IMG/VR virus record: IMGVR_UViG_3300025691_000004
Length of the DNA stretch: 64,000 bases
Origin: an uncultured virus (IMG/VR IMGVR_UViG_3300025691_000004)
Taxonomy: Duplodnaviria; Heunggongvirae; Uroviricota; Caudoviricetes
Strand: one strand, 5' to 3'
The translations under genes were made by a program, and so were the position numbers. Each line of letters opens with the position of its first letter. Within the stretch, counting starts at the first letter, position 1. Positions 9,976 through 19,267 of this stretch are shown here, one piece after another. The notes beneath the pieces are model-generated. The model had not been told where the DNA came from. It did no database searches and saw only the letters and a list, made by a program, of their open reading frames with translations.

Positions 9976-10275
9976 ATGATGTCGTTCAAACAGTTCCTGG
10001 CTGAGGATCCGCTGGTGTCTCTTGCTGCAGAGATGTGGCTGCGTACGCACTTCAAGGAGCTCACCAAGGAAGAGTGCCGTGAGATCGCTGAATGGATCAT
10101 TACCGGCGACGATGAGCACCTGTCGTTCAACGGACCGTACGACAAGATCTACAACGTGTTTGTCAACAACGGCGAAATTCCGTATGGCATCGCAAAGGGC
10201 GACACTGGTGATCCAAATCAGTGGGTCTTTGATCACCTACACCAGCTAATGAGGGCAGACGGCATCGACGTATGA
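9976..10275 (+). CDS. putative internal head protein with capsid-targeting leader
   Basis: N-terminus MMSFKQFLAE resembles the T4 IP leader MKTYQEFIAE; late promoter upstream. Confidence 0.65.
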   Translation: MMSFKQFLAEDPLVSLAAEMWLRTHFKELTKEECREIAEWIITGDDEHLSFNGPYDKIYNVFVNNGEIPYGIAKGDTGDPNQWVFDHLHQLMRADGIDV

Positions 10276-10835
10276 AGACCTTCAAGCAGTTCCTCGAGGA
10301 CCAGGATCCCCTTGACCGCACCGTCGCCGAGATGTGGCTGCGCCACCACCTGAAGGTCGACCAGGAGGATGCCGAGGAGGCCCTCAACTGGCTGCGCCAA
10401 AAGGACAACTGGCTGCCCGATCAGGTCTGGAAGAAGATGATCGCTCTTGCCCGCACTGGAATGCATGAGACCAAGGACTTTGACGCGCTGCTTGGTGGAC
10501 AGATGCAGGACGACGTAGTTCGCTTCTACCTCGCCAAGATGATGCTGGCAGATGACATCAAGCTGGCAGAGAGCTCAGACCCGCTGCACGACACCGCCAT
10601 CGAGATGGCCCTGCGCAAGGAGTTTGACATGTCGCAGGCGCAGGCTGAAGAGGGTCGCGCTTGGCTGCAGGGCGAGAAGGATGCGCAGGACCTGGGTCAC
10701 TGGGCATGGGACCGCATTTGGTCGCGCTGGGAAGACCAGCTGGATGACTTTGGTTCAGCTCGTCACGAGTTTGAAGAGTTCATTCACGGTAAGGTGCTGC
10801 GCATCCTGAAGAGCAAGTACAAGGTGGAAGTATGA
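10272..10835 (+). CDS. putative internal head protein with two tandem paralogous domains
   Basis: MKTFKQFLE leader; DPLxxxxxEMxLR motif occurs twice here and once in the upstream ORF. Confidence 0.65.
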   Translation: MKTFKQFLEDQDPLDRTVAEMWLRHHLKVDQEDAEEALNWLRQKDNWLPDQVWKKMIALARTGMHETKDFDALLGGQMQDDVVRFYLAKMMLADDIKLAESSDPLHDTAIEMALRKEFDMSQAQAEEGRAWLQGEKDAQDLGHWAWDRIWSRWEDQLDDFGSARHEFEEFIHGKVLRILKSKYKVEV

Positions 10836-11719
10836 TCACGTTCAAGGAATTCCTCGCTGAGGGTGGCGCTGCCACCGCCAAGTACAACACAGAGCGCGCC
10901 ACCAAGGCCGATATCGAGGCGGCTCTCAAGTTCGTCGCAAAGCACACCGGCCTGCCGCTGAAGACGCTGCAGGACAACCTCCTTGGCTCGACTGCCCAAA
11001 CGCTGGCGGGTACCAAGAAGGACAGCGGCGACATCGACATCGCCATCGAGCTGGATGACGACGCCATCGAGCCGATGGTCGAGAAGATGAAGAAGGCCTG
11101 CCAGATGGACACCGTCAAGCGGACTGGCGAGGGTGTCTACTCCTTCGCGGTGCCGGCAGTCGGCGACAAGCGCGTGCAGGTGGACCTCATGCTGGTGCCT
11201 GACGTCAAGTGGGCCAAGTTCGGCTTCCACTCCGAGCCGACATCCAAGTACAAGGGCGCCATCCGCAACCTGCTGCTCGTGAACCTCATGAAGCGCGTGT
11301 TCGAGAAGAACAAGGACTTCGTGATCACCGACGACGGCGGCAAGGAGGTCATCCGCGTCCGCCGCGGCTTTACGATGGACCGCGGCCTGAAGCGCACGTT
11401 CCGCATGGCAGCGATGCGCAAGGACGGCAAGGGCCGCCTGGCAGCGATGACGAACGCCACGCCTGACGAGATTGAGGCCGAGCTGAAGCGCATCGGCATC
11501 AAGAAGACGTTCTCGAAGGAGGCGGATCCGATCCTGGATCCGGACCTGGCCGCTGCCTACATGTTCCCTGGCAAGAAGGCCAAGGACATCATGTCAGCTG
11601 AGCAGGTGATCAAGCTGATCGCGAAGCGCTCAGACGCCGCTGAGATCTTCAAGGACGCCGTGGCCGACTTCAAGAAGAACGGCCTCGACGTTCCAGACGA
11701 GCTCAAGCAGTACGGTTGA
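10832..11719 (+). CDS. Pol-beta-superfamily nucleotidyltransferase with capsid-targeting leader
   Basis: MITFKEFLAE leader; LLGS...DSGDIDI and VQVDLM acidic triad. Confidence 0.7.
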   Translation: MITFKEFLAEGGAATAKYNTERATKADIEAALKFVAKHTGLPLKTLQDNLLGSTAQTLAGTKKDSGDIDIAIELDDDAIEPMVEKMKKACQMDTVKRTGEGVYSFAVPAVGDKRVQVDLMLVPDVKWAKFGFHSEPTSKYKGAIRNLLLVNLMKRVFEKNKDFVITDDGGKEVIRVRRGFTMDRGLKRTFRMAAMRKDGKGRLAAMTNATPDEIEAELKRIGIKKTFSKEADPILDPDLAAAYMFPGKKAKDIMSAEQVIKLIAKRSDAAEIFKDAVADFKKNGLDVPDELKQYG

Positions 11720-13379
11720 GCAGGCTGCGAACAGCAGCGCGCAGCTCGTCGATTTCTTCCTGCTGGTCCTTGATGGCCTCAACAAGCAGGCCGACCAGGT
11801 TGCCGTAGGCAACGCTCATGAAGCCGTCGCGGTTGGTCTCAACCGCCTCAGGCAGGACCTTCTGCACGTCCTGTGCAATCAGACCCGTACCACGAGCACC
11901 GTCGCTCTTGCGAGTGAAGTTGACGCCGCGCAGCTGCTTGACCTTGTTGACTGGATCGAGGATGAGGGCGATCTCAGTCTTGAGGCGCTCGTCCGAGAAG
12001 GCAGTCACGTTGCCCTGAGCGGTGATGCTGCCAGTCGTCGTGAGGTTGCCGGTGAAGGCGTGCGTTGCAGCGACGTAGTTGATCACGCCGGTGTCGGTGG
12101 AACCAACTGCACCTGTGTTGCCGATGTAGCCAGCGCGCACGTCGTTGCCTGGCCAGAACTCGAGGTAGCCCGAGTTGCCTGAACCAGACGACTGCATGCG
12201 GATGTAGCCGGTCGCAGCTGCTGCATCACCAGCCTGAACGTAACCGTTCTGGGCGATGACGGCAGATCCCAAGCCGGTAGCAACAACGTTGCCAGAAGCT
12301 GACATTGAGCCAGTGGTCTGGATCAGCGATGACGTCCAGTTGAGCTGAATGCCATTGACCTTGAGGTAGTCACCTGCGCCGTCACCGACCTGCATGCTAC
12401 CGCTCGTGATGATGTCGACGATGTTGGTGTACGAACCACTGAGGCGAAGGTCTGGAACCACGCCGGCGTCGAGGTTCGAAGCGTTGAGGCCGGTAACTGG
12501 AATGGAGATGGCGCTGCCGCCGGTGAAGAGCGTAGCGGTGCCAGTTGCCGCACCCGACAGAGCGATCGTGGCACCTGGGCTCAGCGAGCTGGCGGTGGTT
12601 GCCGAGCTGGCGGTCGTGGCCGATGCGGCGGTGGTTGCCGTGTTGGCGCTGTTGGCGTTGGTTGCAAAGCCGACGGACAGCGACGACTGGTTGGCCCAGG
12701 TCGGTGCACCAGCACCGCCCGAGAGCAGGACCTGCGACGAGGAGCCGGTAGCGGTGACGCCCATCGAGGTGGTCGAGGCACCGTAGATGATGCCGCCGGC
12801 GTTGAGGGCCGCGCCCTGTCCAGTGCCGCCGCGCGTAACGGCAAGCGTGCCGCTGGCCATGTTGGAGGCGTTGGTGAAGAACGTGCTGTTGCTGCCGTCA
12901 AGCAGGTCGGCATCGAGGCCTGAACCCGAGCCATCGTTGCCGGCGTGCCAGACGTCGTTGCCGCTGACCGTGATGCCGGTTGGGGTGATGACGACAGCCG
13001 CACCGAGGCCAATGTTGGTTGCAGGTGTGGTGGCAAGGTTGAACACGCCACCTGAGATCTGCATGTAGCCGGTCAGGCTGCCGTTGGAAACCGCGACGTA
13101 CGGGTTGGGGCCAGCGTAGTTGACCGTCAGGTTGCCGGTCATCGTGTCACCGGTCTTCAGGACGTACGGGACGAAGCCTGAGGTATCGGCGACCTGCGTC
13201 CAACCGAGTGAACCTTGGTTGCCAAGGAGACCTGAGTTGGCGTCTGGTACGAAGCCGTAGAAGTAGAGACCGGCCGAAGCACCGGTCTTCATAAAGAGGG
13301 AGCCCTCAGACACCGTTCCGACTGCTGGCAGGGTCGGACCTGAGTTGATGACGGCGCCGCCGAAGAGGTTCTTGCTCAT
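11703..13379 (-). CDS. tail fibre with C-terminal S74 chaperone
   Basis: TAFSDERLKTEI...GLIAQDVQKVLPEAV...YGNLVGLLVEAIKDQQ; late promoter at 13414-13419 (minus strand). Confidence 0.88.
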   Translation of the reverse strand: MSKNLFGGAVINSGPTLPAVGTVSEGSLFMKTGASAGLYFYGFVPDANSGLLGNQGSLGWTQVADTSGFVPYVLKTGDTMTGNLTVNYAGPNPYVAVSNGSLTGYMQISGGVFNLATTPATNIGLGAAVVITPTGITVSGNDVWHAGNDGSGSGLDADLLDGSNSTFFTNASNMASGTLAVTRGGTGQGAALNAGGIIYGASTTSMGVTATGSSSQVLLSGGAGAPTWANQSSLSVGFATNANSANTATTAASATTASSATTASSLSPGATIALSGAATGTATLFTGGSAISIPVTGLNASNLDAGVVPDLRLSGSYTNIVDIITSGSMQVGDGAGDYLKVNGIQLNWTSSLIQTTGSMSASGNVVATGLGSAVIAQNGYVQAGDAAAATGYIRMQSSGSGNSGYLEFWPGNDVRAGYIGNTGAVGSTDTGVINYVAATHAFTGNLTTTGSITAQGNVTAFSDERLKTEIALILDPVNKVKQLRGVNFTRKSDGARGTGLIAQDVQKVLPEAVETNRDGFMSVAYGNLVGLLVEAIKDQQEEIDELRAAVRSLLNRTA

Positions 13380-13540
13380 GTAGGGTGGTCCTGTGACAGG
13401 TGTACGTGCAACCTATTTATGAGGTTGAGGACGCCTGGGGTCGGCTTACAATGAAACCTCAGTTGCACGGTGTCTGTCTCCTAAGGACCCGTTTGGTGGG
13501 GACCTTGCGTCCCCACTTTCTTTTGCGGTGGAGGCCTTCA

Positions 13541-13566
13541 TGTGCTACAATGATCAAGCTAAGGAG
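13541..13566 (+). promoter_or_regulatory. extended -10 promoter (TGnTACAAT) and RBS for the DNA-modification cluster
   Basis: TGTGCTACAAT at 13541-13551; AAGGAG before ATG 13572. Confidence 0.55.
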
Positions 13567-13571
13567 AACTC

Positions 13572-14561
13572 ATGGAACACGTGCAAACCGGCAACCTGAA
13601 CAACGACTTTCGCACCTGCCTTGCCCAGCTCATGGAGCACGGCCTGGTTGCCCACCCTCGCGGCACCACCACCCGCGAGCTGCTGAACTACAACATCACC
13701 CTGCGGAACCCGCGCAACCGCATCATCCTCTTTCCGGACCGCAAGACCAGCCTGAAGTACCTCCTCGGTGAGCTCTGCTGGTACCTGTCGGGTTCACCCA
13801 ACCCAGCTGGCATCCTGCCGTACGCCAAGTTCTGGGACGGCATTCGCAACTCCGGCGGCTACGCGACCTACAACACCGGTGACGTGAACTCCAACTACGG
13901 TCACCGCCTCTTCGGCCACCACGAGCCCTCGCTCTGCTACGGCGACAACGAGGACATCGGCATGATCTCGCAGTGGGAGAAGGTGCAGACCATCCTGCGC
14001 GCCGACCCCGACAGCCGCCAGGCGATCATGAACATTCACCTGCCGGCTGACCGCCACCCTGGCAACAAGGACGTGCCGTGCACGCTGACGCTGCAGTGGT
14101 TCATCCGCGAGGACGCGCTGCACCTGATCGTCAACATGCGCTCGAACGACGTCATCCTCGGCTTCACGAACGACGTGTTCCAGTTCACGATGCTGCAGGA
14201 GATCATGGCCGTCCAGCTGCGCGAGTTCTACCCGAACCTGGACGTCGGCTACTACTTCCACAACGCCGGCTCGATGCACATCTACGATCGCCACTTCGAG
14301 ATGGCCGGCAAGATCATCAAGGACGAGCGCGCCGTGGACGTGTCCATGATCAAGATGGACGTCTTCGATGAGAAGACCCTTCTCAACCTGCTGGGCGTCA
14401 ACGCTGTGTGGGTGACCGAGGGCATGAACCCCGAGTTTGACTTCGACAACCTCGAGCCCTTCAAGCAGCTGTCGCCGTACTGGCAGACGCTCATCAAGTT
14501 CTGCTTCGCTGAGGACCACGACGCGTCGCACGACATCTTCGGCCTGCCGCACGACGACTGA
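13572..14561 (+). CDS. dCMP hydroxymethylase-like thymidylate-synthase homologue (T4 gp42-like)
   Basis: DSRQAI, catalytic PCT, MRSNDVILGFTND with Asp at the dUMP/dCMP specificity position, HNAGSMHIY. Confidence 0.85.
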   Translation: MEHVQTGNLNNDFRTCLAQLMEHGLVAHPRGTTTRELLNYNITLRNPRNRIILFPDRKTSLKYLLGELCWYLSGSPNPAGILPYAKFWDGIRNSGGYATYNTGDVNSNYGHRLFGHHEPSLCYGDNEDIGMISQWEKVQTILRADPDSRQAIMNIHLPADRHPGNKDVPCTLTLQWFIREDALHLIVNMRSNDVILGFTNDVFQFTMLQEIMAVQLREFYPNLDVGYYFHNAGSMHIYDRHFEMAGKIIKDERAVDVSMIKMDVFDEKTLLNLLGVNAVWVTEGMNPEFDFDNLEPFKQLSPYWQTLIKFCFAEDHDASHDIFGLPHDD

Positions 14562-14564
14562 CAG

Positions 14565-14906
14565 ATGGCAGAGCTTCGCACCGTTGGAAAGCACCACTGG
14601 TGCGAGCGCTGCCGAACGTTTCACAAGCACGCCGACTTCGATCAGCAGGAGCTGATCGACCGGGCCGTCGAGGACCTCGCAGCCCAGATTGATGCGGAGA
14701 TTCTAGCGGACCTCCTGAAGGAACCAAATGCGCTACGAGAAGCAGATCAACGAGGCGTACGAGCGCCTGGGGTTCAAGCCCCGCGACAACCAGGTCGAGC
14801 ACTGCAACCAGGTGATCGAGGCCTTCCTCGACGAGGGGTTCACCAACGTGGTGCTCTCAGCACCAACTGGTACGGGCAAGTCGATCATCGGGGCCGTCGT
14901 CGCTGA
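14565..14906 (+). CDS. small hypothetical protein (CxxC); 3' part overlaps the helicase out of frame
   Basis: Fills the gap 14562-14727; the N-terminal ~55 aa look coding and the rest looks like off-frame run-on. Confidence 0.4.
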   Translation: MAELRTVGKHHWCERCRTFHKHADFDQQELIDRAVEDLAAQIDAEILADLLKEPNALREADQRGVRAPGVQAPRQPGRALQPGDRGLPRRGVHQRGALSTNWYGQVDHRGRRR

Positions 14907-16473
14907 CGTCATTCACTCGATCAAGTACCCAGACGACCCAGCGCACGCCTCCTTCATGCTGACCGCCACGAACGTGCTGGCGCAGCAGTACGACGACGCC
15001 TTCGGCCAGGAGGATGGCCAGCCGTGGGACGGCCGCTTCCTTGTTGTGAAGGGCGCATCCAACTACGACTGCGCGGCCCTCTCCACCGACGAGGAGCCGG
15101 CACGGGCTGACAGCTGCGCGATCATGCTCTTCAAGAAGCAGGGCATGCAGGACATCCTCGACAAGTACTGCGAGAAGTGCGAGTACAAGTGGTCGCGGGC
15201 AATGCGCAACCGCACGCGCCACCTCATCACGAACTACTCGTACTACTTCATCGACCGCATGTACGCGACGCACCCGATGGAGAAGCGCTCGGTGTGCATC
15301 TTCGACGAGGCGCACCTGCTGAACGACCTGTTCGTGGAGCACAACGCCATCTACTTCTCCGAGAAGCGGCTGACGCAGTTCGAGATGGAAACGGCTGAGC
15401 TGCTGGACGGGCAGGGCGGCTTTCACGTGATCAAGCGCGACCTGGTGCAGGGCAAGATCAACGAGAAGACGTACCAGGACTACCTCAAGAAGCTGCAGGA
15501 CCTGTACAACGGCGTGTCAGATGCGCTCAAGGCCCGAGCCGACCGCAACGTGCGCAACCACTCCAAGTACCTGAAGCTGAACCGCGCCTCCAAGAAGTAC
15601 CACGACCTCGCGTGCAAGATCGACGACCTGTTCCTCTTCGAGTACCCACACGTCTTCGAGTACAAGCCGAAGGACCTCAAGAAGCAGCAGAACGAGCACG
15701 AGGTCACCGTCAAGCCCATCTTCGTGGGTGAGATGTTCGAGTGCCTCCACAACGCCGAGCACAACCTCTTCATGTCCGCCACCGTCACCGAGAGCTACAT
15801 GAAGCGGACGATGACGCTGCCTGGCACCACGAAGCACATTCGCCTTGCCCCGCAGTTTCCGCCCGAGAACAAGAAGGTGGTGTTCCTGAAGCCGCAGACG
15901 CTCAACTACACCACAATGAAAGACCCTGAGGTGGTCAAGCGGCTCTGCGCCAACGTCTGGCAGATCGTGGAGCACCACACCAAGGCCGGCGAGCGCGGCA
16001 TCGTGCTCTGCCCCTCCTTCAACGTCGTGCAGTCCATCGCTGAGACGCTGCGAGGAGTGAAGATCCCTGGCCTCCGCGTCTTCGAGCAGGTGCGTGGACA
16101 GAAGCTGGCTGAGCTTCTCGATGACTTCAAGGACTACGAGGGCGGACCTGCGGTCATCCTCACGCCGTCCGGCTTCGAGGGCATCGACCTGCCTGGTGAC
16201 CTGAGCCGGTACCAGGTCATCGTGAAGGCGCCGTTCGGTTCCCTCGGAGACCGAAGGATTGAGCACATCCTCAACGTCTACCCAGACATCTACTCGCTCA
16301 TCACGCTCATGAAGGTCGTGCAGGGTGCAGGTCGATCGGTCAGGTCGAAAGAGGACCACGCCGTGACGTACATGCTGGACACGGCGATCCAGCGGCTCTG
16401 GACGAAGAACAACGAATGGGCCGATGAGTTTCTAACCTCCTTCAAGTCATCCCTGAAGGACCTGGTAGAGTAA
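14728..16473 (+). CDS. DinG/XPD-family SF2 helicase
   Basis: Q motif PRDNQ, SAPTGTGKS, Cys cluster, DEAH, EGIDLPG, QGAGRSVRS. Confidence 0.88.
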   Translation: MRYEKQINEAYERLGFKPRDNQVEHCNQVIEAFLDEGFTNVVLSAPTGTGKSIIGAVVADVIHSIKYPDDPAHASFMLTATNVLAQQYDDAFGQEDGQPWDGRFLVVKGASNYDCAALSTDEEPARADSCAIMLFKKQGMQDILDKYCEKCEYKWSRAMRNRTRHLITNYSYYFIDRMYATHPMEKRSVCIFDEAHLLNDLFVEHNAIYFSEKRLTQFEMETAELLDGQGGFHVIKRDLVQGKINEKTYQDYLKKLQDLYNGVSDALKARADRNVRNHSKYLKLNRASKKYHDLACKIDDLFLFEYPHVFEYKPKDLKKQQNEHEVTVKPIFVGEMFECLHNAEHNLFMSATVTESYMKRTMTLPGTTKHIRLAPQFPPENKKVVFLKPQTLNYTTMKDPEVVKRLCANVWQIVEHHTKAGERGIVLCPSFNVVQSIAETLRGVKIPGLRVFEQVRGQKLAELLDDFKDYEGGPAVILTPSGFEGIDLPGDLSRYQVIVKAPFGSLGDRRIEHILNVYPDIYSLITLMKVVQGAGRSVRSKEDHAVTYMLDTAIQRLWTKNNEWADEFLTSFKSSLKDLVE

Positions 16474-16474
16474 A

Positions 16475-17590
16475 ATGGGACTATCGATCTTCGCTCCAAG
16501 GCCTCGAAAGCCGAAGCGGCACAGACGAAAGCGAAGCAACGCAGTGAAAATCCGACGTCCCTACGAAAACGCAATGGAAGATCTCGAGAAGTTCTGCCCT
16601 CCCGAGGTGCCTCGGAATGAGGTGGTGTTCGGCACCTACGGCACCGAGGAGTGGATCTACGCCGACTTCCTGCGCAAGCGCCACCTCGACGGCAAGCGCA
16701 CCCTTGAGAGCGAGACCACGTGGCTGACGCCAGTCAGTTTCAACCTCGCGGACTGGGTGCGCGAGCGCAGCTTCCCCTCCTTCTCGTTCCTGACCTCGCG
16801 CCTCGTTCTGATCCCGACCGAGTTCGGCTTCATGAAGATCGCGTCGTCGAACAAGAAGATCACCGTCACCCTTACCGGCAATCCCGAGTGGGTCGACGAC
16901 GAGCTCAAGCTGCTGGCCTCCCGTTTCTCCAAGGCCGAGAACCTCGTGCAATGGGTGTACAACGTCAACGGCCACACCATCGACGTGCCGCTCAACTACA
17001 GGGCCGGCATCAACGCGGCCTACCCATGGATCGGAGAGCCGTACACCGAGTACATCGACAAGTACCTTGACAGCGAGGCCTGCGTGCTGATCCTCATCGG
17101 TCCGCCTGGAACGGGCAAGAGCACGCTCATCAAGAACATCATCAAGCGGTCCGGCGGCGACGCGATGGTGGCCTTCGATGAGAAGGTGCTGGGCGGCGAC
17201 GACTTCTTCGCCACCTTCATGGACAGCGACAAGGACATCCTCGTGATGGAGGACGCCGACGCGTTCCTCGAAAGCCGCGAGGACGGCAACACGATGATGC
17301 ACCGCTTCCTGAACCTCTCCGACGGTCTCATCTCCACCACCGGCAAGAAGATCATCTTCTCGACCAACCTTCCCAGCATCGCGTCAATCGACGAGGCGCT
17401 GCTTCGACCAGGCCGCTGCTTCGACGTGCTGCAGTTCCGCGCGCTCACGCGCAAGGAGGCTCAGGCCGTCCTCGATGAGGTCGGTGACAAGCGCGAGCTG
17501 GTTGATGGTGCTGAGCTCACGCTCGCCCAGATCTTCGCTTCACAGCCGCACGGCGGCAGCCCACGACGAAAGGTAGGGTTCACAGCATGA
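16475..17590 (+). CDS. AAA+ ATPase
   Basis: GPPGTGKS, LVMEDAD, STN sensor, LLRPGR; the start may be ATG 16573. Confidence 0.85.
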   Translation: MGLSIFAPRPRKPKRHRRKRSNAVKIRRPYENAMEDLEKFCPPEVPRNEVVFGTYGTEEWIYADFLRKRHLDGKRTLESETTWLTPVSFNLADWVRERSFPSFSFLTSRLVLIPTEFGFMKIASSNKKITVTLTGNPEWVDDELKLLASRFSKAENLVQWVYNVNGHTIDVPLNYRAGINAAYPWIGEPYTEYIDKYLDSEACVLILIGPPGTGKSTLIKNIIKRSGGDAMVAFDEKVLGGDDFFATFMDSDKDILVMEDADAFLESREDGNTMMHRFLNLSDGLISTTGKKIIFSTNLPSIASIDEALLRPGRCFDVLQFRALTRKEAQAVLDEVGDKRELVDGAELTLAQIFASQPHGGSPRRKVGFTA

Positions 17591-17898
17591 CCATCGTAAG
17601 CCGCCCACAGCCAAGCGCACCGAGCACGAACGGTCTCGGAACCGGCTCCAACACGCTCAACCTCACCGACGAGCAGCTCGAGCTGGTGATGGCTCTCGTC
17701 TACAACTGCCGGCTCGGTACAGGCACTCCCTACTCGCAGGCGGCCTTCGAGCTCATCGGGTTGATCGAGGATGAGTTCGGCGACGACTTCATGCAGGATG
17801 CCTCCGACAACGTCAACCTCCAGGTGACGATCGAAGACGAGCACGGGTTGGTAGAATACGAGACAGACGGCTCGCAGTTCATCACGTTGGAGGTCTGA
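17587..17898 (+). CDS. acidic hypothetical protein
   Basis: Overlapping start/stop coupling on both sides. Confidence 0.65.
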   Translation: MTIVSRPQPSAPSTNGLGTGSNTLNLTDEQLELVMALVYNCRLGTGTPYSQAAFELIGLIEDEFGDDFMQDASDNVNLQVTIEDEHGLVEYETDGSQFITLEV

Positions 17899-18476
17899 TG
17901 TCGAAGTACGTGTACGCAATCGAGGGGCTTGACCGCCTCGGCAAGTCGACCCTCATCGAGGGCATCCGCAACCGCCTCGGCTACTACGAGGTGATCCACT
18001 TCAGCAAGCCGCAGCGCCTCGCTGCCTACGAGGGCGCCGCTGCCGTGAGCGGCGTTCCACCGCAGTCGCTGCAGTCGTTCCACTACCAGCGCGCCGGCTT
18101 TCTGAACTCGATGCTGCTCGCCAAAAGCGGCGCACGCCTCATCTTCGATCGCTGGCACATCGGCGAGGCCGTGTACGCGCCCATGTACCGTGGCTACAGC
18201 GGTGACTACGTCTTTCAGCAGGAGCTGGACACGGGACTGGCTGACACGGACAACGTGCGCCTCATCCTTCTGTGGGAGGACTTCGACGTTTCAACCCACT
18301 TCGTCGACGACGGCGAGAGCCTGGGTCCAATCCAGAAGCGGGCTGAGGAGCAGATGCGCTTCATGGAGGCCTTCGCGAAGTCCAACATCCGCGACAAGCG
18401 CATGATCTGCGTCACCGACCAGGCGGTCGGCGGCTTCAAGCCCAAGGACTGGATCCTTCACGAAGCACTGGCATGA
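17898..18476 (+). CDS. thymidylate-kinase-like dNMP kinase
   Basis: AIEGLDRLGKST P-loop; IFDRWHIGEAVY. Confidence 0.8.
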   Translation: MSKYVYAIEGLDRLGKSTLIEGIRNRLGYYEVIHFSKPQRLAAYEGAAAVSGVPPQSLQSFHYQRAGFLNSMLLAKSGARLIFDRWHIGEAVYAPMYRGYSGDYVFQQELDTGLADTDNVRLILLWEDFDVSTHFVDDGESLGPIQKRAEEQMRFMEAFAKSNIRDKRMICVTDQAVGGFKPKDWILHEALA

Positions 18477-18691
18477 AGGTGGTGGTGATCAGCAACCCGA
18501 GCTCGCCAGCTACGGCGTTTGCGCGAGCTCGCGCGTTTGGCTACATCACCTTCATCTACGAGCACGCAGATCCCGATCACGTTCTCTCACCTAACAAGTT
18601 CACGTATGTGAACGACGATGAAGAGCTGAAGGAGAAGCTGCACCTCCTCCAGCTTGACCCGTCGGTCCAAGAGGAGATCATTCGATGGTAG
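18473..18691 (+). CDS. hypothetical protein
   Basis: Coupled ORF in operon. Confidence 0.55.
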   Translation: MKVVVISNPSSPATAFARARAFGYITFIYEHADPDHVLSPNKFTYVNDDEELKEKLHLLQLDPSVQEEIIRW

Positions 18692-19188
18692 CATCTACCT
18701 TTGGCGCGGCCTTTGACAAGCTGCCGCACAAGCTGCAGCAAGGCATCTGTCGCTCTCTCGTGCTGCGCAAGCAGAACTACCTGGCCGCGCAGGCCGGAAA
18801 GCGCTGGAAGCAGATGCGCGTGATCCTGGTGGGTGACCGACCAGGCAACGGCGCCAAGAAGCTGCCAGCCAACCATCACCACACGCCGTTCTACAGCACG
18901 AAGAACTCCAGCCTCTGGCTAAACAAGCAGCTGGAAGAGCTGGGGGTGCATGAGAACGACGTTCTCTGGCTCAACAGCGCCGACCTAAACGGCGTGCCCA
19001 CCGACCCAAAGCTGCTTGAGGGTTGGGGAAAGCACACCATCATCGCGCTGGGCGGCAATGCCTCGAAGTGGCTGGAGGAGCACGGAAAGCCGCACCTAAA
19101 GGTCTTCCACCCACAGGCGTGGAAGCGCTTTCACTCGAAGGAGCCCTACCCGCTCCTTGGTCACCTGCAACAGCTGCTCGACCTATAA
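18685..19188 (+). CDS. uracil-DNA-glycosylase-superfamily fold protein
   Basis: VILVGDRPG, PFYS, WLNS, IIALGGNA and FHPQ match the order of UDG-superfamily motifs. Confidence 0.6.
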   Translation: MVASTFGAAFDKLPHKLQQGICRSLVLRKQNYLAAQAGKRWKQMRVILVGDRPGNGAKKLPANHHHTPFYSTKNSSLWLNKQLEELGVHENDVLWLNSADLNGVPTDPKLLEGWGKHTIIALGGNASKWLEEHGKPHLKVFHPQAWKRFHSKEPYPLLGHLQQLLDL

Positions 19189-19267
19189 AAAGTCCGGCCA
19201 AAGCCGGCCACTTCCGGGTACAATGGCATAAGTAACTCGGGCCCGGGTTTCGGGTGAAGGAGACAGC

